This document shows positions 41,268-55,319 of a stretch of 64,000 nt of DNA, piece after piece. Made by a program: the position numbers and the translations under genes. Source of the DNA: the human T2T-CHM13v2.0 reference genome, Homo sapiens. The notes beneath the pieces were generated by a model. That model was not told the DNA's origin. It made no database searches and was given only the letters and a program-made list of their open reading frames with translations. Each line of letters starts with the position of its first letter. Position 1 is the stretch's first letter. Location of the stretch: the NCBI RefSeq assembly GCF_009914755.1, contig NC_060940.1. The stretch is one strand, 5' to 3'.

Positions 41268-42253
41268 AGACACAACTGACCGGGGTGAAGATTCCTGGTT
41301 AAAGGATGTATGAGTGCTGCCCTGGAAAATGAGGGCCAAGGTCAGAAAGAATGGTAAGACTCTATTTGTATGGTTGTGTACAAGATAATAGCTGAAGACC
41401 GTAACGGAATAAATAGAGTATGTCTTTTCCAGCTTGTTTTATAATAAACAAACCACGTAAAGAGCATGAAGAGACAAAGATTGAACTTCTCAAGACATGT
41501 CTCCGTTTATGGAACAGAACAAAAAAGAGTAAGCAAGGGAGAAAGTGAAGGAGTTACTGGCAATATTCCATTGAACTCAGTAGATGCTTATCAAGCCTTG
41601 CCTATTCCATACCTCTAAGGAACACACAGTGTGAGCTGGAAGCAAAACTAGAGAATTTCCATCCAAGGGATGTAGGCAATGATTGAAGTAAGCTGAATGA
41701 ATAGGAACAGTGAAGACAAAAAGAAACAATGGTCCCAGTCTAAGGATGATCAGGATGTCTTTGCAGAGATGACATCTGTAGGGAGGCTGAAAGGATCCTT
41801 CAGGGTTGGACAGAAGGCAGAAGGGCAGAAGAGAGAAGAAAGCTCAGAGTATACCATCGTATCTCAATGCTCCTTGAATAGTTGCTATGTTTAATTCTGG
41901 TGCCTCTTACAGCACACAAAGGCACATGGAAATGGTGGAGTGAGTGAATAAATGAATGAACTAATGAAATGACCCAGAAGCCAAGAGAAGAGAGCACTTT
42001 GTCAAGGAAGAGGGGATAACGAACATTATAAAAGGCAAGAGAGAGGCTGAGAAAGACAAGTATGAATGTCAAGAAATGAATAGGTCAATAGAACATTGAA
42101 GAGATAGGAGCTTAGGAGAAGTCAGAGGCAATTCCTAGGAGCTGAGAAGAAAAGAGTGAGCTGTGAGGAAGAAAGTTTGTGCTGATGAAGGCTCAAGGAG
42201 TATGGCTGAAAAAAATATTGGAGAGAGGTTAATAGTGTTTGTGAATTAAAGCT

Positions 42254-42532
42254 GGAACAGAAATTAAATACCACATGTTCTCACTTGTAAGTGGGAGCTA
42301 AGCATTGAGTACACGTGGACACAAAGAAGGGAACAATGGATACCAGGGCCCACTTGAGGGTGGAGGGCAGGAGAAGGATGAGGATCAAAAAACTAACTAT
42401 TCAGTACCATGCTCATTACATGGGTGACAAAATAATTTATATGCCAAACCCCTGCATCATGCAATTTACCAATGTAACAAACCTGTGCTTGTATCCTCCA
42501 AACCTAAAATAAAAGTTGGAAAGAAAAAAAAG
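42254..42532 (+). mobile_element. L1PA15/16-like 3' end
   Basis: 'ccacatgttctcacttgtaagtgggagctaagcattgagtacac...aacctaaaataaaagttggaaagaaaa'. Confidence 0.92.
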
Positions 42533-43889
42533 AACGTTAGGAAGACTGTGTCTGAAGGTAAACGATAAGGAAATTTGAGGATGCTGGAGACAGGAGTCAT
42601 AGAGTTTCTCAGGAGCCAGGGGAGGAAGAATAAATGAAATAACCAACATGTATTGAGCACCTACTGTATGCCAGGCACTAAACTAGCTATTTTCAAATAC
42701 TTTAAAAAAAAAAAATAATCTGGAAGATACGCTTCATGGAAAGTGTTAGTTTTAGAAAGAATAATGGATTTCCCTCTAATGACGGGGGTAGAGGAGACAA
42801 ATGAATTTTATAATTTGTTGTAATGGGTTGAAAGAGGTATCTTTTCGTTCATCAAGTATCTACTGGGTACGCCCTCTGTGCTGGACACTCTATAAAGGGC
42901 CTCAGATATATCACCTAATGGGAACCTTAGAATGCCCCTAGAATGTTCTATCATGATTCTCATCTTGGAGACAAGGATTTCACAGACAAGCTCTAGAAAA
43001 ACAATTCAAAGCTGAGTATGTCTGCACAAACAACTACATATGTCTCAGCCTCAGTTTCTACATCTGTATAACTTTTCTTCCCATGGTTGTTGTGAGGATG
43101 AAGCAAGGAGAAAGTGCTCACTAAAGGGCAGTTCTTGTTTTTAACCTTACTTTATTCCTTTGGAATGAGGCCATTGGGTCCTCACTACACCCTCACCCCT
43201 CTACCAACATTGCCCACTGCTTTTCAGAATTGAAGATGTCCTGGAGCCCCAAAACAGGTGTCAGCAGCATTACCACAACAGATCAATCTGTAAGCTTGAG
43301 CACAAGATGTCTACTATTTGCTCTGAGAAAAGAAGCCATGTTGGGAAGGCAAGCTAAATACAGAACATGACCCAAAAGCAAAGGGTGTCTCCAAAAGGGG
43401 TAATGCAGACCGAGACTATAGTTTCACAGATCAATAGGAAACATTTAAAGGTCCACTGATGAGCTAGACTGCAGGGGCGCTCCTCTTCTATAAAAGGAAA
43501 ATAAAATGGATCAATAAGAAATGAAAACTGATATTAAAAGGCTGAGATTTACTTTCTGCTACCAAGGGTTCTTCTCCAAGCTGGGTCTCTGGGCAGACTT
43601 GTTCATTCCCTTCCAACCCACTACGGTGAGATCCCAAGGTGGTGGAATAAGATAAATACACATGGAAACAGCCCCCAAAAATGGCTGCAGTAAGGCCATA
43701 CAGCATACCTAACTACTGGTTAGCATAAAGACAAGTAATTTGTCTGAATGCAACATGTTGGGTGTAGGAGGAAAATGTATGCCTTAAACCTCAACCCATC
43801 ACCCTCCACTCTTCAATCTCTATTTATGTCTGTGTATCAGCAGTGTGGCACATTCTAAGTAGTTTTCTGGTGTATTTTAAGGATGCATC

Positions 43890-44275
43890 TACCAATTCTG
43901 TGATCTTGGGCAAATGATTTAACCTCTCTGAGTCTCAGTTTTCTCATCTATAATTATGTCAGTATTATCATGATAAAATAATAGAAATGATTATTGTCAC
44001 CTTCCCCATCCCTACCATTATCACCCCATCACCACCCCGAAAACTAATATCAAAATGGCTGAATGCCCACGTGGTTTTATAGGAGGAGATTTAAGAGCCA
44101 GAAAGACCAAATTTATTAGCGAGGTTATCTTGAGCAAGCTGTGAATCTACTCTGATCTTCATGCAATTCATCATGGACTTGGACAACATCTTTTCTGGTT
44201 ATTATGAAGCCTAGAGAAGACACGTACAACCCTTAGCACAGTGTCTGGTACATAATGAGGACTCAGTACTGGCCC
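43890..44275 (+). mobile_element. MIR fragments
   Basis: 'tgtgatcttgggcaaatgatttaacctctctgagtctcagttttctcatcta', 'cttagcacagtgtctggtacataatgaggactca'. Confidence 0.75.
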
Positions 44276-45649
44276 TTAGTCTTTGCCCTGACTCTAGTCT
44301 GTGATAGTGTTAGACTAACATCTTGGTGAGCCCATACTGACCACTGGGAGTCCAAGTTGACTCTGAGAAAACTAAAAGAAAGGCAAACAAAAGGATCTAT
44401 TTGTGGGAGGGAGAAGGGATGGAAAGCCACATAGTCTGGTTCGGCATGAGACTGAGAGAGGTCTGGGCAGGTTCAGCACCCCTGGAGAGAGAACATCCCA
44501 CCACTACTACCTCTCCTCCTTTCTCCTGCCCTAGTGCAGAGCACACAGCTTCGCCCCTCAGCTGACTGGGTGCCTGTGGGCAGTGCAAAGAGATGAAGGG
44601 CTTCTCCTTCCAGCACACAGCACTGGCTACTGGGGGGTTTCCGTCTCCCCCACCCAACCACCTCCACCCTCACCTTGCTGCTGGGATTCTGGGCTCCCTG
44701 CATTCATGGTGCAGGATAGCAGGGGCCATGGATCAAGATGACTCCCCTCCTACCATAGGTGCTGATTCATTCAGCACTAACAGCGCCAACTGTGTGTCCA
44801 CATCCTGCTGGATAGCAGGGGCCATGAGGCAAATGAAACACAGTCCTTACCCTGAGGACATCCTACACTGAGCAGTAATCACGGGTATCACAAAATGCCC
44901 TGCTCCCCACCACTTCATTTTGACTCAAAGGGAAAACTCTTGAGAATTTACAATTCTATCCCATTTTTTTTCAGTAACTCCTTAATATCTTTTTTCCGCA
45001 AAACTCATACCCTCCCAAACCCACCCTGAATCCTGCACACCTCACTCATTTTCCTCACATCCCTGAGTCTTTTCCCTCCACACTCTCCCCTCCTGGTTTC
45101 TTGTTCTGCAATATCTTCTTTCCCATGTTATACTTGGATTTTACTCCTTCCTCTTGTCTATGCTGCTCAGTGGCCAGTTTTCCCCAGTGGAGGCTGGGGA
45201 CATTCTCTTTCTACGTCCCTGTTTATCTCTACTCTGAATAAGTCAATATGCAAACATCTGGGTGTCCAACTCATACCCCCCAGAAGGGATTCTCTTTAGC
45301 CTGACAGCCTATTATACTTGTTGTGGGTGGCCTAACGTGTGTCTGGGTGAGGCATATGCAGATTGTAAAAAACAAAAAAAAATTGGCAGGCCAGACCCTT
45401 TGTTTCCCTACAATCTGACTAATAAGAGATACTTTCACTATAATATTTCTTCTGCTATTCTAGTTGTTCTTATCACAATCATTGCCTGATTCCTCTGGGT
45501 TCTCTTATATCTCCATTTTGAATTCCCTTGTAGGCACTGTGTCTTCAGTAAGTGTTTCCATTTTGAACCCAAAGAAAACCTGTGTGTCCATTTCTTTCTC
45601 CTCCACTTTTCTTTTCTTGACACACTGATTCCTTAGAAGTGGGAAAGGG

Positions 45650-46475
45650 ACTGAAATCTGTGTGTCTATGCCTCTATGTGCTAGATGTTATAAAACACTT
45701 CCATGGATATATCTCATGTAGAAGAAATTAGCCTCTTTTTAACACTGAGGGAACTGAGGACAGAAAGCTTCAACCATGTGTTCTAGCTCACACATAAAAA
45801 CATGAAAAGCCTCCAAGACTTCATGCTATCTGTCCCTTGAAATGTACCCATGTGGCTGACATATGCAAACATATGCAAACCCAGGCAGTGGGCCCATGTG
45901 ACATTCATTATAGAAAGTGTTTCTTTAATTATCTCTCATTCCTGACTCCCACTGAGGTCCTCATAATGGGTTTAGAATTACTGTCTTCTAAGTGATTCTG
46001 TGTGCAAAGTTGTACAATGAAAAGGGCACAAATTTGAGCAAATCTAGGGCAGAGAGAAGACCCAGAATGGCTGAGATCAAATCCCAGTTCTTATTATCTG
46101 GATGACCTCGGGCTATGGGGATAATAGGAACACCTTCCTCACAGGGGGTCTTTCCTCCTTATTGCCTCCTACTGAGGACTGAGGGTGAGGATTATTTAGG
46201 TAGGTGTGTGTAAACCACTTAAACCCTTGTTTAGCCCATGGCAAAACTATCAAAATGGACACTGTTGATTTTATTATCTGTGGTCTTGTTGGCCTTACCA
46301 CTTGTTAGATGCAACACCCTTGGATACCTCTCTTGACATCTCTGAACTTCATTTTTCTTGTTGGTAACACAGGGGTAATACTTCCCACATCGAACTTTGC
46401 TGTGAACCTCTGATCAGATAAGCCATGTAAAGTCACTAACTCAGGGACTTGGTTGCAGCAAGTGCTTTCTTATTT
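45650..46475. mobile_element. Cluster of MIR fragments
   Basis: 'tgagggaactgaggacagaaag' (minus); 'tcaaatcccagttct...gatgacctcgggc' and 'tctctgaacttcatttttcttg' (plus). Confidence 0.6.
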
Positions 46476-47089
46476 AAAACATGCCAGTTCCCTTTTCTCC
46501 AAGAGAGCTCAAAGCACTGCTATTCACTTGGGATCAATGGAAGAAGCAAGAAGAAGAAAACAAAGGAAAAAGCAAACACTGGGGGCTAGATCAGCTTCCT
46601 GGGGGCAGTTCCTACCAAAGGGTGGTCTGTCCTGAGTAATCAGCTGGAGTCCCCCCCACCCCTTTCCCAGGTGGTCCCCAAAACTGGTTGGTGAGTAGTG
46701 CTGCAGATGTGGCTTCCTTATGGGCGATAGTGTTGATGGAAAAGATAATTCATGCCTGCATTGAGCTCTCTCTGAGTCACTCCAGACCCCAGTGATGAAG
46801 GAAGAAAACACCCCTGATCAGTACCACATTTCCAGATTTCATTATAATTTTTAATTCTTCAATGTTGTTTTGAAAAGCAGCATCAAGCATGCATAAGTTT
46901 TTGGAGACAAAGAAAAATGTAACCAGCCACCCTTTGAGTTTGGACTTGAGGACACCCCGGATCCTCTGAGAGATTTGTCTCCTTCCAGAAGCAGTGAGAT
47001 GCCCTGTTGCTGTGACATGAGACAGTCCTGCCCACATGCTGTCTGCAGGCTGAGGCTCTCCTTGTTTTATGCAGTTGGGCTCTCTGGAC

Positions 47090-48025
47090 ATCATGTGCTT
47101 GAGTTCTGCATCTTTTGCCAAATTCTACTCTTTTCACTCTTACAATCACCAAGTTCTGTCCATATTATTACTCAAATGTCTACTTGTCTCTTCATTTATG
47201 ACTACCACCTTTTGCCAAGCAAGCTCCCCTGAAGGAGACCAGCAACAAAAATCACCAGGCCTCCCAGCAGCCAGATGGAGCTATTCAAAATGTAATGTGA
47301 GCTGGGCACAGTGTTGGTGCACACCTGTGGTCCCAGTTACTAGGGAGGTTAAGGCAGGACGATCCCTTGATCTCAGAAGTTCAAGGCCAGCCTGGGCAAC
47401 ATAGCAAGACCCCATCTCTTTAAAAACATTTTTTAAAGTCAAAATGTAATGCAAGACTCACTCCTCCCAGTCAATCACCTTCATTGCCTTCCCATTGCTT
47501 CCTGGGCATCAAGTCTCTGCCCATCTTATAAAACCATCTGTGATCTCATCCTCCCTCATTCTAATTCAGCTTTCCAGGCTTCTTTGTTTCCCCACCTATG
47601 CAAAGATTTTGTATTCTCATGGTCTCTTCATCTAAAACATTCCTAGAGCCTGGACAACTCCTCCCCAACCCCTTTACAGACTGGTTATTTTAATTCACTC
47701 TTATCTTGGCTTACCCGTCTCCTACCCAGAGGCCTTGCTTGAGAAGCCCACCTCAGGATACTGCTTCAATTCAATGAAAGGATTTCAATGAATATCCTTT
47801 CATTCACCTCAGGATACTGCCAATTGCTATTCCCATTCTCTCATAGTCACATTATTTCTTTCTGCAATTTGATTATGAATGAATTTGATTACTTACTTCC
47901 TTTTAGTCTATCTTCCCCACATGACTGAAAGCTCTATGATGTTTTGTTCGCTTCTGACTACCCACTACAAATAGCACATAGTAGGCACTTAATAAATGTG
48001 TGCTGAATGACTGCAGAAATGACTG
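47090..48025 (+). mobile_element. L2 3' region
   Basis: Ends 'cacatagtaggcacttaataaatgtgtgctgaatgactg'. Confidence 0.7.
47300..47437 (+). mobile_element. FLAM (Alu monomer)
   Basis: Monomer only; TSD tcaaaatgtaatg at 47285-47297 and 47439-47451. Confidence 0.88.
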
Positions 48026-48470
48026 CTGTGAATTTAATCATTTGGTAGGCAGGCAGTTCTTTTCCTTGTTTGTGTAAGGGTGAGGGTGGCTTTGTGCACC
48101 CATGTGTGAGTTTTTGAGAATGGAGGAAAGATATTCTGGAGCTTGGATTGCTCCCTGCTAAAACCCTTCAACGTTTCCCCATTGCCTCTTGGCTCAGCTC
48201 AGTTTGCAAAGCCGTTCAGGAACTGATTCTGCTTTCTTTCCTCCCCTTTTTCTACCATTTCATTTCCCTACTCCCTCATTTGTGGCCTGTGTATATGTGT
48301 ATGGATGCCCACTTGGGTTGGCCCCTTCTATTCTGAATTGTCTATCTTGCTGACACTAGGATCATTTCATGTGAACCCCCCATCAGAGAGCCTTGTCTGA
48401 GCCTCCATTTCATCTTTTTTGGTGAGCTGGGTGCCTTCCATTTGTGCTCCCTACACTTTCCACCTTAACC

Positions 48471-48698
48471 CGTAGTCTCCCAAATGGGACAACTCATGGC
48501 CTTCTTTTGAGTAATTTGGGAAAAAAAAATACTTATTGTAAAAAAATTATACTTTTGTTCGCTTTACAAGATGCGTAAAATACTGGCATGCCCTTGCACA
48601 TATATTCATTTTAAAAGGGGGACTATAAATGTATGTAGAGAGCATAGGTTCAAAAATTTATTACAAGAGTTCGTGATCAAAAAGTTTGGAGAGCATGA
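48471..48698. mobile_element. Charlie4a-like hAT MITE
   Basis: 'tagtctcccaaa' ... 'caaaaatttattac...cgtgatcaaaaagtttggagagca'. Confidence 0.6.
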
Positions 48699-49269
48699 TG
48701 ACATTATACTTTTCATACTGCATGGCATTTGTCTGGATTTTGTCTGTCTCTTCAAGATCTTTCAAGGCACTCTTGAGAGAAGAAACACCGTACACAGCCG
48801 CAGTTCTTTGACAGTGATATGGGGGTGGTTTTAGAAGGTGCACAAAAGGAAGGTCGCTAACGCCTGTTGAGAACTCATTGCCCTTTGAATTCTCTTTTAT
48901 TCTTCCTCATTTAAATAATAGGGGGGAAAAGTCTCAGCTGTGTGTCAATATGTTTCTAATACCTCTGGGTACCACTTGCTAGTTTCCCTTTATAACAGTG
49001 AGAACAGACTTCAGGCTCAAGCCCTTGAAAATGCCTCTTATCTAACCAAAACCCAACAATTCAGCTTCATTTTCATTGCTCCTTTCCATTTGTGGTCAGT
49101 AATATTGCTATGATATTTAAAACGATGTATGATTTTTCTCTTGCTAACCATGTAGAGTTTATTAAAATAAATTTATTTATAAAGAGTGAGTAAATTTTTT
49201 TAAATAAGCAAATTATAATATAGGTGAAACTAGATGTTTCAGTCTAATGTCAGTTGGGTAACACAAGGG

Positions 49270-49480
49270 TAACAGAGTCAACATGAGCTTTGAAATACAA
49301 AGACCTTGTAAGATTTTTGACTCTGGCCATGGCTAAATGTGTGACTGTTGCAAAGTCCTTCTCTGAATCTACTGTAAAAGGGATAAAAATACTTACTCTG
49401 TACAGTGTTTTGAAGATGAGCATTAATGTATTTAAAGATACTTCCCAATGCATGCACTTGATCAATAATGGATATATGTT
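49270..49480 (+). mobile_element. MIR SINE
   Basis: 'tgtgtgactgttgcaaagtccttctctgaatctactgtaaaaggg'. Confidence 0.6.
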
Positions 49481-50214
49481 TATGCAATGAGCAAATGGAT
49501 GAGTAAGAATGGAATAAATCTGGATAAATAAGTCAAGGAACCTGGATCCTCCTCAAAAGTCCCAACCTTCTTAGCTGGAATGAGTCAGACTCCAGAGAGC
49601 CCCATTCTCTCCTTCACTAGAGTCCCATTTTCACAGTCATTTGACATTTACCCAGAGGACCTGAGAAAGTTAACGAGTTTTGCCTAGTCCCTTAATTCTC
49701 CTTTGGAGTGATTAGTGTGAACAGAGAATGGAATGCGCATGAGACATGGATTGATTCTGTGGCTCTGCTGGAATTCTGTTGGAACTTCACTCTACATTTG
49801 AGTAGTCTCTATGTAGAACTTCTGCTTTGGAAGCTGATGAGCTCCCCATACAAAGAAGTATTCAAGACTAGAAGAGATGAACATGTGACCCAAGTGTTGA
49901 CTTTCTGCTTCTCTAAGAAACATTATGTTCATCATTCTGAAAACAAAGACATATTTAAGGGCATCTTGAACCAAGTCTTGAAAGCCTATTTCTGGAAGCT
50001 GTGTGTAGGCTATGCAGACATGACTTCACAGACCAGTGTGCAGTTGCACCCCTATCTAGCACTTAACAGACACAGCTATTTTACTTTTATTTCAAATTGA
50101 AAGCCATGTTTTTAAGAAGTCAAACCACCTAAGATCTTATAGAAGTAAGCAAATGAGTTTTTTCTCTCCACATTGTTTCTCTCTTTTTTTTAAGTAGTCT
50201 ATCCAGCTTCTTTC

Positions 50215-50410
50215 AATAACAGCTGGATTCCAAAAGGCAAACGTGAAAACTTTCAGGCTTCCCAAGAAACAGTATCACTTCTGTTGCACTGTGTTGGTCA
50301 AAAAAATCACAGGAACAGCTTTGATTCAAGAGAAGGAGACTTCTATTCTTGATAGAAGTAGTGGCATGAGTGTACAGGAATGGGAGGAATTGCTGGTGGT
50401 TGTTTATGTA
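50215..50410 (-). mobile_element. MLT1J/K-like LTR fragment, antisense
   Basis: 'gtatcacttctgttgcactgtgttggtcaaa...tcacagg...gattcaagagaagg'. Confidence 0.6.
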
Positions 50411-50419
50411 GACGATCTA

Positions 50420-50443
50420 ACACACACACACACACACACACAT
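50420..50443. repeat. (CA)n microsatellite
   Basis: Directly visible. Confidence 0.95.
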
Positions 50444-51248
50444 AATCCAGCTCACGAAATGTAGGACTCCCTTTTGCTAAACACCAGGCTCTGCATTAGC
50501 ATCCATCATACCTGATTTCTTCAAGGAATGTCTGTGGAGACTCCATAGGATCTCCAAGGATAAGGACCTCACGTCCTTCCATTTTGCTTTCATTTCCATT
50601 TCCTTTGGAGACAAATGCAAAAGAAAGTGGTTTCAGATCACAGGTAGTCATATGTTTTTGTGTGACTGAAAGGAAGGCCTTCGTGGTCTGTATGTGTACT
50701 TGTGTATGGCACGTGTTCGTGCACCCATGTGTGTGTATCTGGCAGGGAGGTGAAGGTCATTTTAGACTTTATATTCAGATCTTGAGCTATCCTGTGATGT
50801 CTGGTTCTCAATTCAGCTTTTCCTGTCACTAACCCTTTGCCCAGACCATCACTCACGCATGACTGACCTGCCTCGTGCACAAGACCATGTATTTGCTTTT
50901 CTGCAATTAGTAGATCAAGGTCCACCTGCTTTATGCTCTTCATAAAGATTGTTCTGGCAAAAACAAGTCCAGCATTCTTGACCCTTCTCTATTCTGAAAG
51001 ATGTAAGAAAATGGATAGGAATTTGCTAGATATAGATCAGGTCATGAGGCAGAGGAGACAGGCTGTGTAAAGTTTCAGATCTGGAAAAGGGAAGGCCGTG
51101 TAGCTATTTGTCAGGACTTCTTTTCTGGTTTTACCTCCCAAAGGGAGATTTCTATGGGTTTGTGGGATAAGATGAAATGGGCCTTCTGTTAAAAAACAAA
51201 AACAGAAAAAAAAAAAAAGGTAGTGCTGTACCTAGAGAATAAAATATT

Positions 51249-51597
<349 letters not shown>

Positions 51598-51934
51598 TTA
51601 TTTACATTTGCAGATTTATATTTGGTTTAACTTATCTTTGGCAGAAAATATAAGCACTAAAATGATTGTAACACATTTCAGTGTCCTTAGCAATAATTTC
51701 TCCTTATTAACTGCTCAAGGTTTCATCTGTCAGAATGTAGCCAACATCTTTTAACCAAAAGGGGGAAAATTTTCTCTGTAAGTCAGTACATGTATTACTC
51801 CATTCATCAAATACAGAGACATCACTTGTTAAACACTGCACTTTAGAGAACAGTACATTTGTGATTGCAGAAACCAATATAATCTCCCTCAAATTGCAAG
51901 CAGATATTATAAAGTGAAAACCTCCCTTCAAAAA

Positions 51935-54925
51935 TAAACCCTGATCAATGACACAAAAAGGTGGCTCTTTGAAAAGATCAGCAAAATTGGCATATTTTAG
52001 CTAGACTAGCCAAGCAAAAAGGGAAGATCCAAATGACTAAAATAATAAATGAAAGTGGGGACATCATTACCAACCTTACAGAAATAAAAAGAATTAAAAG
52101 AGAATATTATGAACAGTTGTATACCAACAAATTAGATAACTTGGATATAACAAATTTCTAGAAACATGCAAACTATCAAAACCGACTAAAGAAGAAATAC
52201 AAAATCGGAATAGGCCTATAACAAGTAAATATATTAAGTCAATAATTAAAACCAACCAACAATCCAACAAACATTTCTAAAAAAGAAAAGCTGAGGATCA
52301 CGTGGCTTTATGGTAAATTTTACCAAACATTTAAAAAATATAACATCAATTCTTCTCAAACCTTATAAAAAATAGAAAAAGAGGGAACACTTCTGAACTT
52401 TTTCTGAGGCCAGTATTACCTTGGTACCAAAGTCAGACAAATAATCACAATAAAAGAAAATTATAGATCAATATCCCCTGTGAACACTAGCACAAAAATT
52501 CCCAAAAAAATACTAGCAAACCAACTCCACCAGCCTATTTAAAGAATTATAAATCATTACCAAGTGCAGTTTATCCAAGGAATGCAAGGTTTGTTAAAAA
52601 TCAATTGATGTAATACCTTATATTTATAGAATAAAGGGAGAGAAAGCCACAGGATCATATCAATAGATGCAGAAAAAGAATCAGACACGATCTGTCACCT
52701 TTCATGATGAAAACACACAATAAACTAGGAATTGAAGGGAACTTCCTCAATCTGATAAAGAGCTTCTATTTAAAAAAAAAACACAACTAATGTCATACTT
52801 AACAGTGAAAGACTGGACATTTTATTTATAAGAAACAGTATACGGATGTCTGTTCTCTCTACCTTCTATTCAATATTATACTGGAAGTTCCAGTCAAAGC
52901 AGTCAGGTAAGAAAAAGGAATAAGCACCCAGACTGAAATGAGAAGCAAAACTATCTCTATTAGCAGAAGACATGATTTTATGTAGAGAAAATCCTGAAGA
53001 ATCCATAAAAAATACTATTAGAGCTAATAAACAAGTTTAGGAAAGTTGTAGGATACAAGATTAATATAAAAATCAGCTCTACTTCTGTACACCAGCAATG
53101 AACAATACAAAAACAACATTTAAAAAACAATTACATTTAAAATACCATCGAAGAGAATAAAACGCTTGGTAATAAATTTAACCAAGAAAGTACAAGACTT
53201 ATGCACCAAAAACTACAACACACTTTTGAAAGCAATCAAAGACGACCTAAATAAATAGAAACACATCTCATATTAGTGAACTGGAAAACTAGAAAATATT
53301 GTTAAAATGACATTAGTACCCAATTAATCTATAGACTTAGTACAACTGCTATCAAAACTATAACTGCTTTTTTTTTTTTTTTTGCACAAATGGGCTAGTT
53401 GATCCTAAAATTCATATGGGAATGCAAGGAACCCTGAATAACCGAAGTCCAGACGAATAACAAAGTTGAAGGACTCACACTTTTAATATTAACAAGTAAT
53501 ACAAAGCTACATTAATCAAACTTTGTGGTACTAGCAAAGAGATAGACATATAGATCAACAGAATAGAAATGAGAATACAGAAACAAACCTAAATATCCAT
53601 GGTCAATTGATTTTCAACAAGGTAACTGAGACCGTTCAATGGGGAAAGAATAGTCTTTTCAACAAATGGTACTGGAACAACTTGATATGCACAGACAAAA
53701 GAATAAATTTGAACCCTCTACCTCACACCTTATACAAAGAACCTGAAAATGGATCAAAGACTTAAATATAAGAACTGAAGTCATAGTGTTCTTAGAAGGA
53801 GACATAGATATAAATCTTTATGACCTTGGATTATGTTATTGTTTCTTAAATATGACACCAAAAGCACAAACAACAAAAGAAAAAATATACAAATTGTACT
53901 TTAACAAATTAAAAACTTTGTGCATCAAAGGATAGTATCAAGAAAGTAAAAAAGGTAACCCACAGATGGAAGGAAATATATATATTTTCAAACCATACAT
54001 CTGATAAGGGTCTAGAATCCAGAATCTATGATGGACACTTACAACTCAGCAATAAAATGACAATCTAATTAAAATACATGCAGTGGACTTGGATTTGAGC
54101 AGGAATTTCTCTAAAGAAAGTATACCGACGGCTAAAATGCACATAAAAAATGATTAACATCATCAATCATCAGGGAAATGCAAATGAAAACTATAATGTC
54201 ATATCAGTATACAGTCTCTTGGATAGCTATAATTAAAAAGAAAAAAGAAATATAACAAGTATTGGTGAGAATGTGGATAAACTGGAGCCCTCATTCACTG
54301 TTGATAGGAATGTAAAATATAGCGGCCACTGTGGAAAATTTTGTCACTTCCTCAAAAACCTAAAGATGGGGTTACCATATGACTAAGCAATACCACATCT
54401 AAATATATATCCAAAAGAATAAAAACATATATCCATATAACACTAGTAGACAAATGCCATGGCAGCATTATTCATAATACCAAACAAATGGAAAAAATCC
54501 CAAATGTCTACCAATCAATGAATGGGCAAACAAAATGTGGACTATCCATACAATGGAATATTATCCAGTCATAAAAAGGAATGAAGCACTGATGCATAGT
54601 ACAACATGGATGAATCTTAAAAGCATTTTACTCAGTGAAAAAAGCCAAATGCACAAGGCCAAAAACTGTATAAATCTATTTATATTAAGTGTCTAGAATA
54701 GATGAATCCAGGAAGACATAAAATAGTATAGTAGTAGCCAGTGGATGATGGAGAAGAAGTAATTGCGAAGTAAGTAATTTCTTTTTAGGGGGATGGAAAT
54801 GTCCTGAAATTAGTAGTGATGATTGTATAACATCAAAAATATACTAAAAACCACTTCATTATATGCTTTAAACTGTCTGAAACGGTAAATTTTATATTAT
54901 ATGAAATTCATCACAATTTGTTAAA
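51935..54925 (+). mobile_element. L1MB-like, about 3 kb: decayed ORF2 (RT and C-terminus) plus 3'UTR
   Basis: 'gaggccagtattaccttggtaccaaagtcagacaa', 'caatagatgcagaaaaag', 'gaagacatgattttatgtagagaaaatcc', 'tcttttcaacaaatggtactgg'; no open frame survives. Confidence 0.93.
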
Positions 54926-55004
54926 TAATATCACAATTTATATAATACATAATAAAAAATTTATCACACTTTATAACATAAGTTGAAATAATAACTCATC
55001 TTCT

Positions 55005-55319
55005 GGCCAGGAGTGATGGCTCACGCTTGTAATCCCAGCACTTTGGGAGGCCGAGGAGGGCAGATCACCTGAGCTCAGGAGTTTGAGACCAGCCTGGCCA
55101 ATGTGGTAAAACCCCATCTCTACTAAAAAAAAACAAAAGTTAGCCAGGTGTGGTGGCGGACACCTGTAATCCCATCTACTCAGGAGGCTGAGACAGGAGA
55201 ATCACTTGACCCCAAGAGGTGGAGGTTGCAGTGAGCTGAGGTCGTGCCATTGCACGACCAGTCTGGGCAACAAGAGCAAAACTCCATCTCAACAAAACAA
55301 AACAAAACAAAACAAAACA
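55005..55319 (+). mobile_element. AluS (Sq/Sx-like)
   Basis: Full dimer, (CAAAA)n tail; TSD aataactcatcttc at 54990-55003 and 55320-55333. Confidence 0.94.

Noticed and set aside
47749-47820. Repeat-spacer-repeat resembling a mini CRISPR (also 44714-44826)
   Set aside because: Only two repeats, primate DNA, no cas genes; better explained as local duplication scars.
51935-54925. Possible intact reverse transcriptase gene
   Set aside because: Old L1MB remnant; the ORF track shows no ORF of 60 aa or more within it.
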